Virus record (IMG/VR): IMGVR_UViG_3300037400_002553
Coordinates: 1-64,000 of that record
Direction: 5' to 3' (one strand)
DNA: 64,000 nucleotides
Source: a virus
Taxonomy: Duplodnaviria > Caudoviricetes
The translations under genes and the position numbers were made by a program. This document shows, one piece after another, positions 1 to 9,600 of the stretch (the stretch's first letter is position 1; the number at the start of each line of letters is the position of its first letter). The notes beneath the pieces are model-generated. The model did not search any database. It was not told the DNA's origin and worked only from the letters and a program-made list of their open reading frames with translations.

Positions 1-247
1 TTTCGATACGACGCTTTACCCATTGATCAACATTCATGCCTTCTCCAACAACCAAAGAATCAGTTGTTTTTACTGACATATCTTCCATTCTGAAAACTTC
101 GCTCTCTAAATTACGGAGTCTCTTATTTAAAACGCGCTTTTGCTCGTTAAATGATTCTTCTACATCAATGCCTAAATTCTCGGCACGCTTGCTCAACAGT
201 TCCTTGCCGTTGAGTGTTAATAAAGATTCAAATTTGTTCTTGCTCAT
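1..247 (-). CDS. Hypothetical protein, 3'-truncated by window edge (MSKNKFESLLTLNGKELLSKRAENL...)
   Basis: Open frame read manually from ATG at 247 to position 1; not in the ORF track because it has no stop in the window. Confidence 0.75.
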   Translation of the reverse strand, partial: MSKNKFESLLTLNGKELLSKRAENLGIDVEESFNEQKRVLNKRLRNLESEVFRMEDMSVKTTDSLVVGEGMNVDQWVKRRIE

Positions 248-258
248 ATTACTTTATA

Positions 259-528
259 TTATTTATGTATAATGTTATATTCGATTGGTGGTACTGCTGA
301 TAGACTTCTTTTAGCCTTCATAATTGTCTCAACCTCTTCTTTATAGTTCTTATGACCAAGAACATCATGCATGAAACCAAGTTCATATCTAAGTTCCAAT
401 TGATCATATAGTTTAAAAGGTAAAAATTCTTTCATTTGATCTAACATAGTCCTACTGATAAAAATAGGCATTTTTTGATCAACTTTTTTACCTTGTTCCT
501 CAGCGTTATCAAAAAAATTACGATCCAT
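259..528 (-). CDS. Hypothetical protein (start revised to MDRNFF)
   Basis: ORF track 259..555; ATG at 528 lies just downstream of a TGTATATTTA motif at 545-554. Confidence 0.7.
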   Translation of the reverse strand: MDRNFFDNAEEQGKKVDQKMPIFISRTMLDQMKEFLPFKLYDQLELRYELGFMHDVLGHKNYKEEVETIMKAKRSLSAVPPIEYNIIHK

Positions 529-562
529 ACTTTTTACTTTTAAGTAAATATACAAAAAAAAT

Positions 563-587
563 AAAAAAGAGAGTGAAAATACTCTCT
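563..587 (-). terminator. Intrinsic terminator after the recombinase gene
   Basis: AGAGAGT/ACTCTCT stem with a U-run on the minus strand directly after the stop at 593. Confidence 0.7.
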
Positions 588-592
588 CTTAA

Positions 593-1759
593 TTATTCAT
601 TTCCTTCTTCCTCTCCAAATGTAATGTCATCTGCATCTGTAACAGCATTTGTTTCAGCAATTGCATTTAACTGTTTTAGGAATTCTGTCGCATGTTCTTT
701 TCTGTAGGCATCAAGTGCATCCTTGTCCGCTGCAATAAAACCAGTTGGCGTACAAACAATCTCGCCCTCGTAAGTTAATGTAAACGGCGCTGGCAGTTGG
801 TTCTTCATAACCTTAATCTTCGTTTGTGTAGCATATTGGTATGTCAAACCTTTTGAAACTGCGGTCAATTTCTTAATAGACGGCCCTAATTGTCCACCCA
901 TAAGAATACTTAAGCGTTGTGCATATACGAACGTGTTTCCACCCTTCTGTTTAATACTTGGAGGTGCGACAGGATTGGTCATGCTATCCATCCATACCTT
1001 ATTTACCACAATCATTGTATTGGTGTATGGTTCTGACACCTTTCTAGAACCAGGAATCTTATTATTTAAAAGGTCTGTAAACGCCTCGCTAATAGATGCC
1101 GCATCAAACATGTGGTTACCTACTTTCGAGTTGAGACTCTTTTGGGAAATAATTGAGCCTATAGAATCCCAAATGAATAAAAAACCTGCTGCAATATCTC
1201 CGTTATCTTGTGCTTCAAGTAACTCTCTTATACTGTAAGCGATATCCTCAAGAACGGCATCTTTTCTAGGCTTTGATAAATCAACACCCTTTAAGTGATC
1301 ATGAATACCATATCTCTCAGCAAGACGCTTATTGTTAAAATACAAGAAATTGCCGTCGTAATCAACAATACCTTCGTGCACTTCTCCAGTTTCTTCGTCT
1401 ACAATATCTCCATATACTGGTTCTGCCTCCATGCCCATACTGATTGCATAAGTAAAGTCAAAGTTATTCTCTGTATCATAAATAACTGGAATTAAACCTT
1501 GTTTCTGTGCAGATGCAATTGCGTGGTTAATTAATGTTGATTTACCAGTGTTTGAGTGCCCTAAAATAGTTGTGATATATCCTTGTGGAATGCCAGGGAG
1601 TTTTACTACATCCTGGAAGGCTTTTGGCATTATTATCCACTCTAACTCTTTATCAGCACTACTTGATTTTAGTGTCGAAAAACCCATCTTCTCTTTAAAT
1701 GAGGCTAATGATGGTTTTTGTTTTACTTCTTTCTTTTTTAATGGTTGTTTTCCTGCCAT
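593..1759 (-). CDS. recA: RecA/UvsX-family recombinase
   Basis: Walker A GHSNTGKS, YDTEN, Walker B FIWDSIG, GG..F motif, KIKVMKN; 388 aa. Confidence 0.9.
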   Translation of the reverse strand: MAGKQPLKKKEVKQKPSLASFKEKMGFSTLKSSSADKELEWIIMPKAFQDVVKLPGIPQGYITTILGHSNTGKSTLINHAIASAQKQGLIPVIYDTENNFDFTYAISMGMEAEPVYGDIVDEETGEVHEGIVDYDGNFLYFNNKRLAERYGIHDHLKGVDLSKPRKDAVLEDIAYSIRELLEAQDNGDIAAGFLFIWDSIGSIISQKSLNSKVGNHMFDAASISEAFTDLLNNKIPGSRKVSEPYTNTMIVVNKVWMDSMTNPVAPPSIKQKGGNTFVYAQRLSILMGGQLGPSIKKLTAVSKGLTYQYATQTKIKVMKNQLPAPFTLTYEGEIVCTPTGFIAADKDALDAYRKEHATEFLKQLNAIAETNAVTDADDITFGEEEGNE

Positions 1760-1789
1760 AATTATTTAAATTTTATTTTTTATTTATTA

Positions 1790-2212
1790 TTAATCATGCC
1801 CATAATACCCAAATGCAACTATATTGTCGCCATGCTTTGTAGTATACTCCTCTTTATAATCTTCATAATACTGCAATATGTGATCAGCCCACTCTTGGTA
1901 TGTGACATACATGCAATAATATTCAATATCTTCTTCATCGAATGTATCTTCAAGACTTTTTGTTTCTCTGTATTTATCCTTTAGTTTTTCTAATTCATCT
2001 TCTTCATATTCTGAATCTAGGCCATAATCATTGATTAATATCTCTAAATTTTTTTCAATAGCCTTATCAATATCTAAGAACTCATTTTTATCTTCACAAT
2101 ATAAAACTTCGTTCTTTTTCCAAGCCTCATAAGTCTCTTTTTCGGTAATTGCAATTGCATGTGTTGAACTACTGTTTGTTTCAAACACCCCTAATCTAAT
2201 TTGTTGTTTCAT
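1790..2212 (-). CDS. Conserved phage hypothetical protein (IRxGVFETNSSSTH family)
   Basis: N-terminal IRLGVFETNSSSTHAIAI motif recognised from other phage proteins; C-terminal AFGYYG. Confidence 0.7.
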   Translation of the reverse strand: MKQQIRLGVFETNSSSTHAIAITEKETYEAWKKNEVLYCEDKNEFLDIDKAIEKNLEILINDYGLDSEYEEDELEKLKDKYRETKSLEDTFDEEDIEYYCMYVTYQEWADHILQYYEDYKEEYTTKHGDNIVAFGYYGHD

Positions 2213-2227
2213 AATCTTAAATTTTTA

Positions 2228-2476
2228 TTATTTATATTCTTCTTTTAATATTCTAATCATTTCTCTTTTAATGGCCTTATCATATGAACTATTTTCAAGA
2301 TAAACCTCTACCTCTGGTTTATAATGTTCACAATGTTCCTTACAAAATTTATCCCTATCTTCTTCTGGAACATAATCAAAACGAACTATTTCGCCAGTTT
2401 TTTCATCTGTATAAGCACCGTTTCCGAACATTTTTACAGAGCAAAATGTACACTGGTTTATCTCATTACTCTTCAT
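2228..2476 (-). CDS. Hypothetical protein, possible Zn-binding (CxxC...CxxxCxH)
   Basis: 82-aa ORF in operon context; CTFC and CKEHCEH. Confidence 0.7.
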   Translation of the reverse strand: MKSNEINQCTFCSVKMFGNGAYTDEKTGEIVRFDYVPEEDRDKFCKEHCEHYKPEVEVYLENSSYDKAIKREMIRILKEEYK

Positions 2477-2498
2477 ATTTTGCTACTTTAAATACACT

Positions 2499-2897
2499 TT
2501 ATATTATTTTATTTATTTCATTTACAGCATTTACTAACTTTTCATTGTAAATTTTCTGATATTTCTCCTGCAATTCATTAAACTCTTTATAATTCTTATG
2601 TTCCTCACCTGTTGGACATAGTGAAAACATCCTATCTATTTCATCATTAGGTTGAACCTTATAAAGATGGTTATTATCATTACCTTTAATACCTCTTATA
2701 TGCTTCTCATATGTCCCATTATCGAATTCATCAATACGTCCACACCAAAACCATATTCTAAAGGTGCCTTCTTTATTCCCTTGTGCTTTGTCAGGAGATA
2801 CAATCTTATCTATCTGAACAATACCATATCCACCAAAATTGTACAGATAATCACCCTCATGGAGTTCTTGACCGTAATAATTTATAAACTTATTCAT
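2499..2897 (-). CDS. Hypothetical protein (start revised to MNKFINYY)
   Basis: ATG at 2897 lies 1 nt after the tdk stop (2899-2901). Confidence 0.7.
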   Translation of the reverse strand: MNKFINYYGQELHEGDYLYNFGGYGIVQIDKIVSPDKAQGNKEGTFRIWFWCGRIDEFDNGTYEKHIRGIKGNDNNHLYKVQPNDEIDRMFSLCPTGEEHKNYKEFNELQEKYQKIYNEKLVNAVNEINKII

Positions 2898-2898
2898 T

Positions 2899-3480
2899 TT
2901 ATTTTGTCTTTTCTTTATAACATTTTCTACACATTGTAAGGTATCTATCTTCGCCTCCAACTTCAACTTGGGCGCCAGTAGTAAGAACGCGACCGTTTTT
3001 GTCTATCCTAGCGTTAAACATGTTTTTTTCTCCGCACGAACATGTTGATTCAATTTCTTTAACTTGATCAGCAATTTCGAATAATCTCTTTGACCCTGGA
3101 AATAACTTTGTTTTAAAATCTGTTTTTAAACCATAACAAATAACATTAATATCAAGGTAGTCAACTACATCTGAAAGTTGATCAACTTGTTTTTCTTTTA
3201 GAAATTGTGCTTCGTCTACTAAAACATATTTTAACTTACCTCTGTTAGTTAACTCTTTTGAAATTCGCTTGTATAAATCCTCTGTAGGCTTAATAATAAT
3301 ACATTTCATATCACCCATCGGACGGCTATGAATAACAGCATTGCCATCTCTAGTATCAATACTGCTTTTAAGAATGATATACGGAATATTTCGTTCTTCA
3401 TATCCAAAAGCCTTCATTTGTAACTGTGCACTTTTTCCCGCATTCATTGGAGCAAAAAATACCGTAAGTTTTGCACTCAT
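2899..3480 (-). CDS. tdk: Thymidine kinase (TK1 type)
   Basis: APMNAGKS P-loop, VDEAQF, YGLKTDF, CSC...CRKC Zn site, VGGEDRY lasso. Confidence 0.95.
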   Translation of the reverse strand: MSAKLTVFFAPMNAGKSAQLQMKAFGYEERNIPYIILKSSIDTRDGNAVIHSRPMGDMKCIIIKPTEDLYKRISKELTNRGKLKYVLVDEAQFLKEKQVDQLSDVVDYLDINVICYGLKTDFKTKLFPGSKRLFEIADQVKEIESTCSCGEKNMFNARIDKNGRVLTTGAQVEVGGEDRYLTMCRKCYKEKTK

Positions 3481-3550
3481 ATATTATTGTTTATTTTTGT
3501 GTAGAGTTGGGAGAGTAATTAAATACTCCCCCATTATCTCTAGTTAATTA

Positions 3551-4567
3551 TTAAAACGGCAAATCACTGTTACCTAAATTAGATGTAGGGACTGACTTTT
3601 CAATATCCTTATTAATTTCACTTGCTTTTTCGGCCTGTTCCTCTGATTCTTTATTATTTGCTTCAGACTTATTCTCCTTTACTACCCACTTTTTCTCATT
3701 TTTATCGAAGAAAGGAATTTCACCGTCTAATACGATTGAAAGATAGTCATACGGTTTTACAGTAAATACGTCTGACCACTTCTTTGTATCATTAACCCAT
3801 TGTTCAATCTTTGTTTGATCAACTGAAGCAGGGCCTTCTGGTCCATAATCCATAATAGCGTATCCTCTTTTTGCCGTTTTTGCTTTTGAATCTTCCTCTT
3901 GTTTTTCTTTCGTAATAACAATCTTAAGGTCTTTTCCAGTTAATACATCATATAACGTCCAATTCTCATCTGTTAATAAACCATACGCTTTCTTTTCCTC
4001 TCTACGAGTCTCGTTAAGGTTTTTAATCAAATGATACGGATCAATTCCATCTTTTCTGATTGTAAATTTCCAGAACTTTGGGCCATCCTCCTCATGCCCT
4101 CTCTCGATACAACGAATAATACAAATGTCTTGAGGAAAACTATCTTTTCCTAACTGATACCATTTGTTTCTCTCAACCTGATCTAGATTTGTGTCTTTTG
4201 CACGTTTAAATGCCTCATATCTTAATTCACATATAGGACATTTACTACCAAACTTCTCATGGTCTATATCTTCCGTCTCTGCTAAGCACACGTATTTCTT
4301 CCAACCGCTTTCTGCTATTTCGGTTGGAACTTTCAAATTGTGCATACGAATAATTTTGAAAGGTGTTTCAGAATCCTTATCAATAGGAAGTAATCGAATT
4401 ATTAGTTCTTTTTTGTCTTGGTTTTTTTCAAGACGATCGTTTAGATAATTTTTTTTGTCGAAACCATTATTGTTATTACCATTATTATTGTTTTCTGGTT
4501 TTGGTTTCTCTACGGGCTTTAACGAATTTCCTGTTTCTTCAATGCCCTTCATTGTAATGTTTTGCAT
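3551..4567 (-). CDS. Single-stranded DNA-binding protein, T4 gp32-like
   Basis: IRLLP, H...C...CPICE Zn motif, GPKFWKF, GKDLKIVI, acidic tail ending SDLPF; near recA and tdk. Confidence 0.75.
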   Translation of the reverse strand: MQNITMKGIEETGNSLKPVEKPKPENNNNGNNNNGFDKKNYLNDRLEKNQDKKELIIRLLPIDKDSETPFKIIRMHNLKVPTEIAESGWKKYVCLAETEDIDHEKFGSKCPICELRYEAFKRAKDTNLDQVERNKWYQLGKDSFPQDICIIRCIERGHEEDGPKFWKFTIRKDGIDPYHLIKNLNETRREEKKAYGLLTDENWTLYDVLTGKDLKIVITKEKQEEDSKAKTAKRGYAIMDYGPEGPASVDQTKIEQWVNDTKKWSDVFTVKPYDYLSIVLDGEIPFFDKNEKKWVVKENKSEANNKESEEQAEKASEINKDIEKSVPTSNLGNSDLPF

Positions 4568-4715
4568 AGTAAATTTTTTATTTTAAATTATTTTATTATT
4601 ACACGACAAAATCTAAATTGTTATTATTCTACTAAATTAAATATACAAAAAATATATCAAAAATAAATACAAAATAAATTTTATCCTTTATACTTATAAA
4701 TACATTTTTAGGTAT

Positions 4716-4747
4716 AAAAAAACACCCTAATTTGAAATTAGAGTGTT
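4716..4747 (-). terminator. Intrinsic terminator
   Basis: AACAC-CTAAT / ATTAG-GTGTT imperfect stem, U-run on the minus strand after the stop at 4775. Confidence 0.6.
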
Positions 4748-4774
4748 AATTTTAGCCGTTATTTTTTTACTTAA

Positions 4775-5617
4775 TTACATAGGCAAACCCATTGTGTTTT
4801 TCATGGTTTGATGCATAATATCAAAGTCATCTAACGTATCCGCAATACCTTTCCAGTCTACAGTTCCATCCACATCATTCTTAGTAATTACGTATTGGCC
4901 CTGATTTACACCATTTTGGTCATCTTCAGTTCGGTAATTACTTGTTTTCTCTTTATTATTCCAGTATTGTTCTGGTGTTTCACTAAATGGATAAGATTTA
5001 TCTGTTTGCATGCTTAGTTTTTCAACTTGAGTTGGGTTACGTCTTTCAAATTCAGCCTTCAAATCATTAATCTTATCATCATTTGATTTGATTAACTCCT
5101 CAAATTGTCCGAGATATTTCATAACCTTATCAAATTTTGCATCCAACTTATCAACATCCTCCTGAGTTTCTTCTTGACTGTCTGTTAAATCAGATACATC
5201 AATAACATCGTCGTCTGGTTGTACACCGCCATCTTCTGGCATTGCACTATCCATTGGTGGCATTCCTGTATCCATACCATCTTGTGGAACTTGAGGGTTG
5301 AATCCTTCTGGGCTTTGTGCACCGCCATCTTGAGGCATTTCATCGCCCGTATCGCCACCTGGTGCTGGAGCACCTGCATTTGGATCCATTGGCGCACCGC
5401 CATCTTGAGGCATTTCGCCACCCATATCACCACCTTGTGCTGGAGCACCTGCATTTGGGTCCATTGGTGCACCACCTTCTGGAGGCATTTGAGATGGATC
5501 TTCCTGAGGCTGTTCTCCCGCTTCTTCGGTATATTTATTGCGTCTAGTAGTATATTCCATGATTTGTTGGAATCTACTCATAGCCTCGTTTAATATTTCT
5601 TGGTTTTGTTTTTCCAT
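4775..5617 (-). CDS. Acidic Pro/Gly/Met-rich protein, putative prohead core/internal head protein
   Basis: EILNE N-terminus, low-complexity repeat middle, coiled-coil C-half. Confidence 0.5.
   Translation of the reverse strand: MEKQNQEILNEAMSRFQQIMEYTTRRNKYTEEAGEQPQEDPSQMPPEGGAPMDPNAGAPAQGGDMGGEMPQDGGAPMDPNAGAPAPGGDTGDEMPQDGGAQSPEGFNPQVPQDGMDTGMPPMDSAMPEDGGVQPDDDVIDVSDLTDSQEETQEDVDKLDAKFDKVMKYLGQFEELIKSNDDKINDLKAEFERRNPTQVEKLSMQTDKSYPFSETPEQYWNNKEKTSNYRTEDDQNGVNQGQYVITKNDVDGTVDWKGIADTLDDFDIMHQTMKNTMGLPM
5318..5488 (-). repeat. About 2.3 copies of a 75-nt (25-aa) tandem repeat MP(P/Q)(E/D)GGAPMDPNAGAPA
   Basis: Visible in DNA (TGCTGGAGCACCTGCATTTGG twice, 75 nt apart) and in protein. Confidence 0.9.
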
Positions 5618-5621
5618 AGTA

Positions 5622-5783
5622 TTAGCCTAATAAAACTTGTCTGTTGTCTTCAGCGAGAATTATTTTTTCTTCATTTTCTGTTCTCTCAAGTAAACCTCTA
5701 TCTTTCTTGATAAATTTTACTTTTTGTTCTTGATTAATGCTCTCAATTAACTGTTCAGCATTTCTAATTAGATTTGCATTCAT
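5622..5783 (-). CDS. Small hypothetical protein, 53 aa (MNANLIRNAEQLIES...EDNRQVLLG)
   Basis: Manually translated ORF filling the gap upstream of 5617. Confidence 0.75.
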   Translation of the reverse strand: MNANLIRNAEQLIESINQEQKVKFIKKDRGLLERTENEEKIILAEDNRQVLLG

Positions 5784-5807
5784 AATAAACTCAATGTTTT
5801 AGTAATA

Positions 5808-5987
5808 TTATTGTTTGTCAGCATCGCCAGTTGCAATATTAGTACTTGCCTTTCTATTTTTCTTTGGAGTTTCTGCCTTTTCTTCAGTATGTGCCTTTGC
5901 GGCTTCAAGTGCTGCGTTTTTTAACTTCATAAGTGACAATGTTGCTGACTTTTTAAATAAATTTGCGCTTTTTCTTTTAATAAACAT
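5808..5987 (-). CDS. Small basic protein, 59 aa (MFIKRKSANLFKK...)
   Basis: Manually translated; AGGAGG upstream of the ATG and TATTTATA motif at 6011-6018. Confidence 0.65.
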   Translation of the reverse strand: MFIKRKSANLFKKSATLSLMKLKNAALEAAKAHTEEKAETPKKNRKASTNIATGDADKQ

Positions 5988-6038
5988 AGTTATTCCTCCT
6001 TTTACTTTATTATAAATACTTCTATATCCTTAAAAAAG

Positions 6039-6641
6039 TCAATTTTTTGATAAAAAATAGATATAAGGCACCATGAACTTGGTATTATTTAGGTATTTCT
6101 TCATGTTTTTGGATATGAAGTAGTCATTTGTTATTATTTTATTGTTCCTATTACGTTTAATTCTGTTGATCACTTTGTCTTTATTAACTCCGATGTACTC
6201 TAAATCCATAAACGATATGCCATATACAGTATTATTAGTAAATAGATATAAATCTCTATCAGAAACGTAGCAAACATTCCCTTTATTTTTGTCTATCTTT
6301 GTTAATAATGACTTTATATCACTATAATCACTTGTGTAGACATTAAAATATTCATACTGCACATTTTTGAATAACTTTTTTACTAACATTTTGTTAAATG
6401 ATAATAAATCTCGTTCAAAATCATTCCTGCGCTCTAATTTACCAAATGTCCAATATACATTATCCCAGATTTTCTTATCTAAGACATGTACATTTTCTTT
6501 CCCGCAAATCTTTTCAGCATTTTGCTTGCCAATAATCAATGTTGGCACTGTTCTGTCTGTAACATCCAATTGTTGTGTGATGTCAACAAAATCAACTGTC
6601 TCTAAGTTTTTTCCTTTTGTAATAATTCTTCCTATATACAT
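6039..6641 (-). CDS. Hypothetical protein
   Basis: 200-aa ORF with TGTATATTTA motif at 6671-6680. Confidence 0.75.
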   Translation of the reverse strand: MYIGRIITKGKNLETVDFVDITQQLDVTDRTVPTLIIGKQNAEKICGKENVHVLDKKIWDNVYWTFGKLERRNDFERDLLSFNKMLVKKLFKNVQYEYFNVYTSDYSDIKSLLTKIDKNKGNVCYVSDRDLYLFTNNTVYGISFMDLEYIGVNKDKVINRIKRNRNNKIITNDYFISKNMKKYLNNTKFMVPYIYFLSKN

Positions 6642-6685
6642 AAGTTTTAACCAAAAAATATTAAACGTTGTAAATATACAAATTT

Positions 6686-9600
6686 TTATGAATAGAAAGT
6701 ATCTGTTAGACTTGTATAAGTAGGTTTACTTGAACTAGCATTCTTTGTCCACTTAAATTCTCCACGTTGTTCCCCATTATTTTTCTTAAATCCAATATGT
6801 GCCCATCCGTTATTTTCTACCTTTGCAATTGCCTTATTATTACTAGAAGATTGTTCGTCAATAAATTGGTCAATTTTCTTATTATTGTTTTTTAACCAGA
6901 AGTATACAAACTTTTTAAATCGCCCTCTATTATCAGTTTTTTTAGATTGTATATCTACAGCAAAGCCATATGTATGTGCAGATCCTTTTTTCTCTGTAGT
7001 AGGTTTTTCATTTGTCTTCCTTGTAGTTCTCTGTGATCTAAATCCACTTGTTAAATTAAATCCGTTTTCATAACCCTCTTTAACCCATGCGTCCCATAGC
7101 GGGTCTAAAATTGTTTCCGCTATTTCATTAAGACGATTTTTTAATTCTTCTATATTTACCCAGTCTTCACCTTCTATTGGTAAATTACATATATCATATT
7201 GTCTTGCTGTAGTTGATTTAATAGTAAAATCTGACAACATAAAATGTTTTCCAATCTTTTCATCAATAAAGTTATTACATGTCACGTGAACGCTATCGTT
7301 TCCTATGTTTAATGACACTCCTTCGGTATTTATTTTATCATTTTGTCCTTGGTATGTGAACGTAGTTTTAACTAGGCCAATATGGTTTTTTGATACTCTT
7401 ACTCCAGTAAATTTAGTTGTCATATTACCAGGAACTACACTATGTGAAACATTAATAATTATATATAATCCCCTGAACATCGGTATGTTATTTAATTGGA
7501 AATACATCATTGGCATGATATTTATACATCCAAGCATTTCTACTGTACAAGTATATGATCTATTCGCATATATTGAATATAAATCTTGTCCTATACCAAC
7601 ATCATACCCATCACTATCACCATGTTTACCTCCTTGAGAAATTTGAATCAGATTTGCAATTGAATAGTCGGTTACTTTTGGGTTATCCATATTTACTGTA
7701 ATGTTTTTAAAATACATTTGATTTTGTTTTCCAAATGTAACGCCAAAAACTGGAACTACAAAATTTAAACCGTCACCATCTGATTCTTTTAATAATGGCT
7801 CTAGATCTGATACAGATGTAGGTACCTGGTCTTTTTCGGATTGGAAGATATCAGGTATACTTGTTATGCCATCATCATCATATTCACCTTCCTGCCCGAA
7901 ATCTAACTTTGATGAGGCCTCTCCAGTGTACATTATTACATATGTATTTCCAGGAATATCTGATTTTCCAGGTTTTGTAAGATCATATTTCTTGTTTGGT
8001 GAAAAGATATCAACAATTGTATTTGTGTCGTAGAAATTGCTATAAACTGGTAAACTTGCAAATAATAGACCATTCTTTTCGGCAATTTCATTCATAAATT
8101 CAAATACAGAAGCATTACTATTCATAATTTCAGCATTACTATATGATTCTGCTAATTGTTTTAATGTATCTGGATCTATTAAAAACTTATCGCTTATGTC
8201 TCTATAAAATGAATCAACAAAAATAAAACTATTAAACTCTGTTGATATATTTTCATCGCTATTTGTTGTGTATCTAAGTTCTCTATTTAATTTATCCTGT
8301 GAAGGTTTATTTAGCATAAATACATCTTCAACCTTTTCTGGTTTATTTAAATTATAACAACATAGCCATTTATCATATAACCTTTTTAATGTATAATATA
8401 ACGCTTTCTTAACTTCACTTACGTCACTTACTTTTTTCTCTTCTTCTTTTCTTTCTTCTTCCTTTATATCTTCTTCTGTTTTATAGCCTTCAAATGATTT
8501 TTTAATTGCTTCAAGGTATTCTTTTGAATAACTATATATTTCATTAGAAAATGTTAATCCCTCTGGTTTTTTATATACATATACATCCTCGCATAATATT
8601 TTTTTAATTTCTAAATCTTCTCTACTAGATGCATACCTTGTTGTAAATATTATAGAATTCTTATTTACGTGATATTTAGCATCATATTTTATCATTTTAA
8701 CAGTCTCAGCCCCTTTGTCATTTGATAAGATGTCATCAATCTGTTTAAATTCTCCACTATCAACCCAGTTTATAAAATATTTTTCTAAATCATCTATTAC
8801 TCCATCTGAAACTTTAATTTCTAAACAATCTTCCAATTCACTGTTAGATAAAAATAAGTTTTTCTTTTTATCAGTAAAAGTTTTTAATGTCCACTGTTTA
8901 TATGTATTATCATATTTAATAACAGCATCATCGGTTACATAAAGAGGTAGATTGATTAATGAAAATGAATCTTTATAAATTGTTCCATCATTAAGCCTTT
9001 CGTGATTGTTTTTCCTAAAGTATGCACATGCTCCATAATATAACAATAATACTTTCGGATGCTTAAATAACTTTGCTTCTTTATTATAGTATTGTTTTGG
9101 AGTATATTGAACTGCTGGAGTTTCGTAATATGTTTCTAACGAATAACCATTGTCTAAATTAAAATATGTTGATAAACTACCAAGTAATAGAAATGCCCTA
9201 AAATATTTATTACCTTGAACACTCATTACTGGTTTATCTTTTTTGTTTGTATATGATTTTATGTCTATTGCCGCATTTGTACCTTTATAAATATCATCAA
9301 TATAATATTCTTTGTTATATACCTTTTCAGTACTTCCGTCGATATATTTAACTCTATTATCTCCTATTTGTAATATGCCAGCATTATAATTAGTTAAAAC
9401 GGCTTCACCATTTGTGTTATAATCTGTTAACATTGTTGATAGTAGCCATTGTTTCTTGTTATAATCGCCAGCAAAACCTATTTCACTCTTATTCTCTTTT
9501 GATGTTGTTATATAAGACATGGAATATTCATCGCAAGAACCATTTTTAAGCCATGATTCTCTCGATTTTATAGTGTTTTTTGTATCTATTTTTATACTAT

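Noticed and set aside
3507-3531. Terminator between the SSB and tdk genes
   Set aside because: The stem is imperfect and has no U-tract on the minus strand; too weak to call
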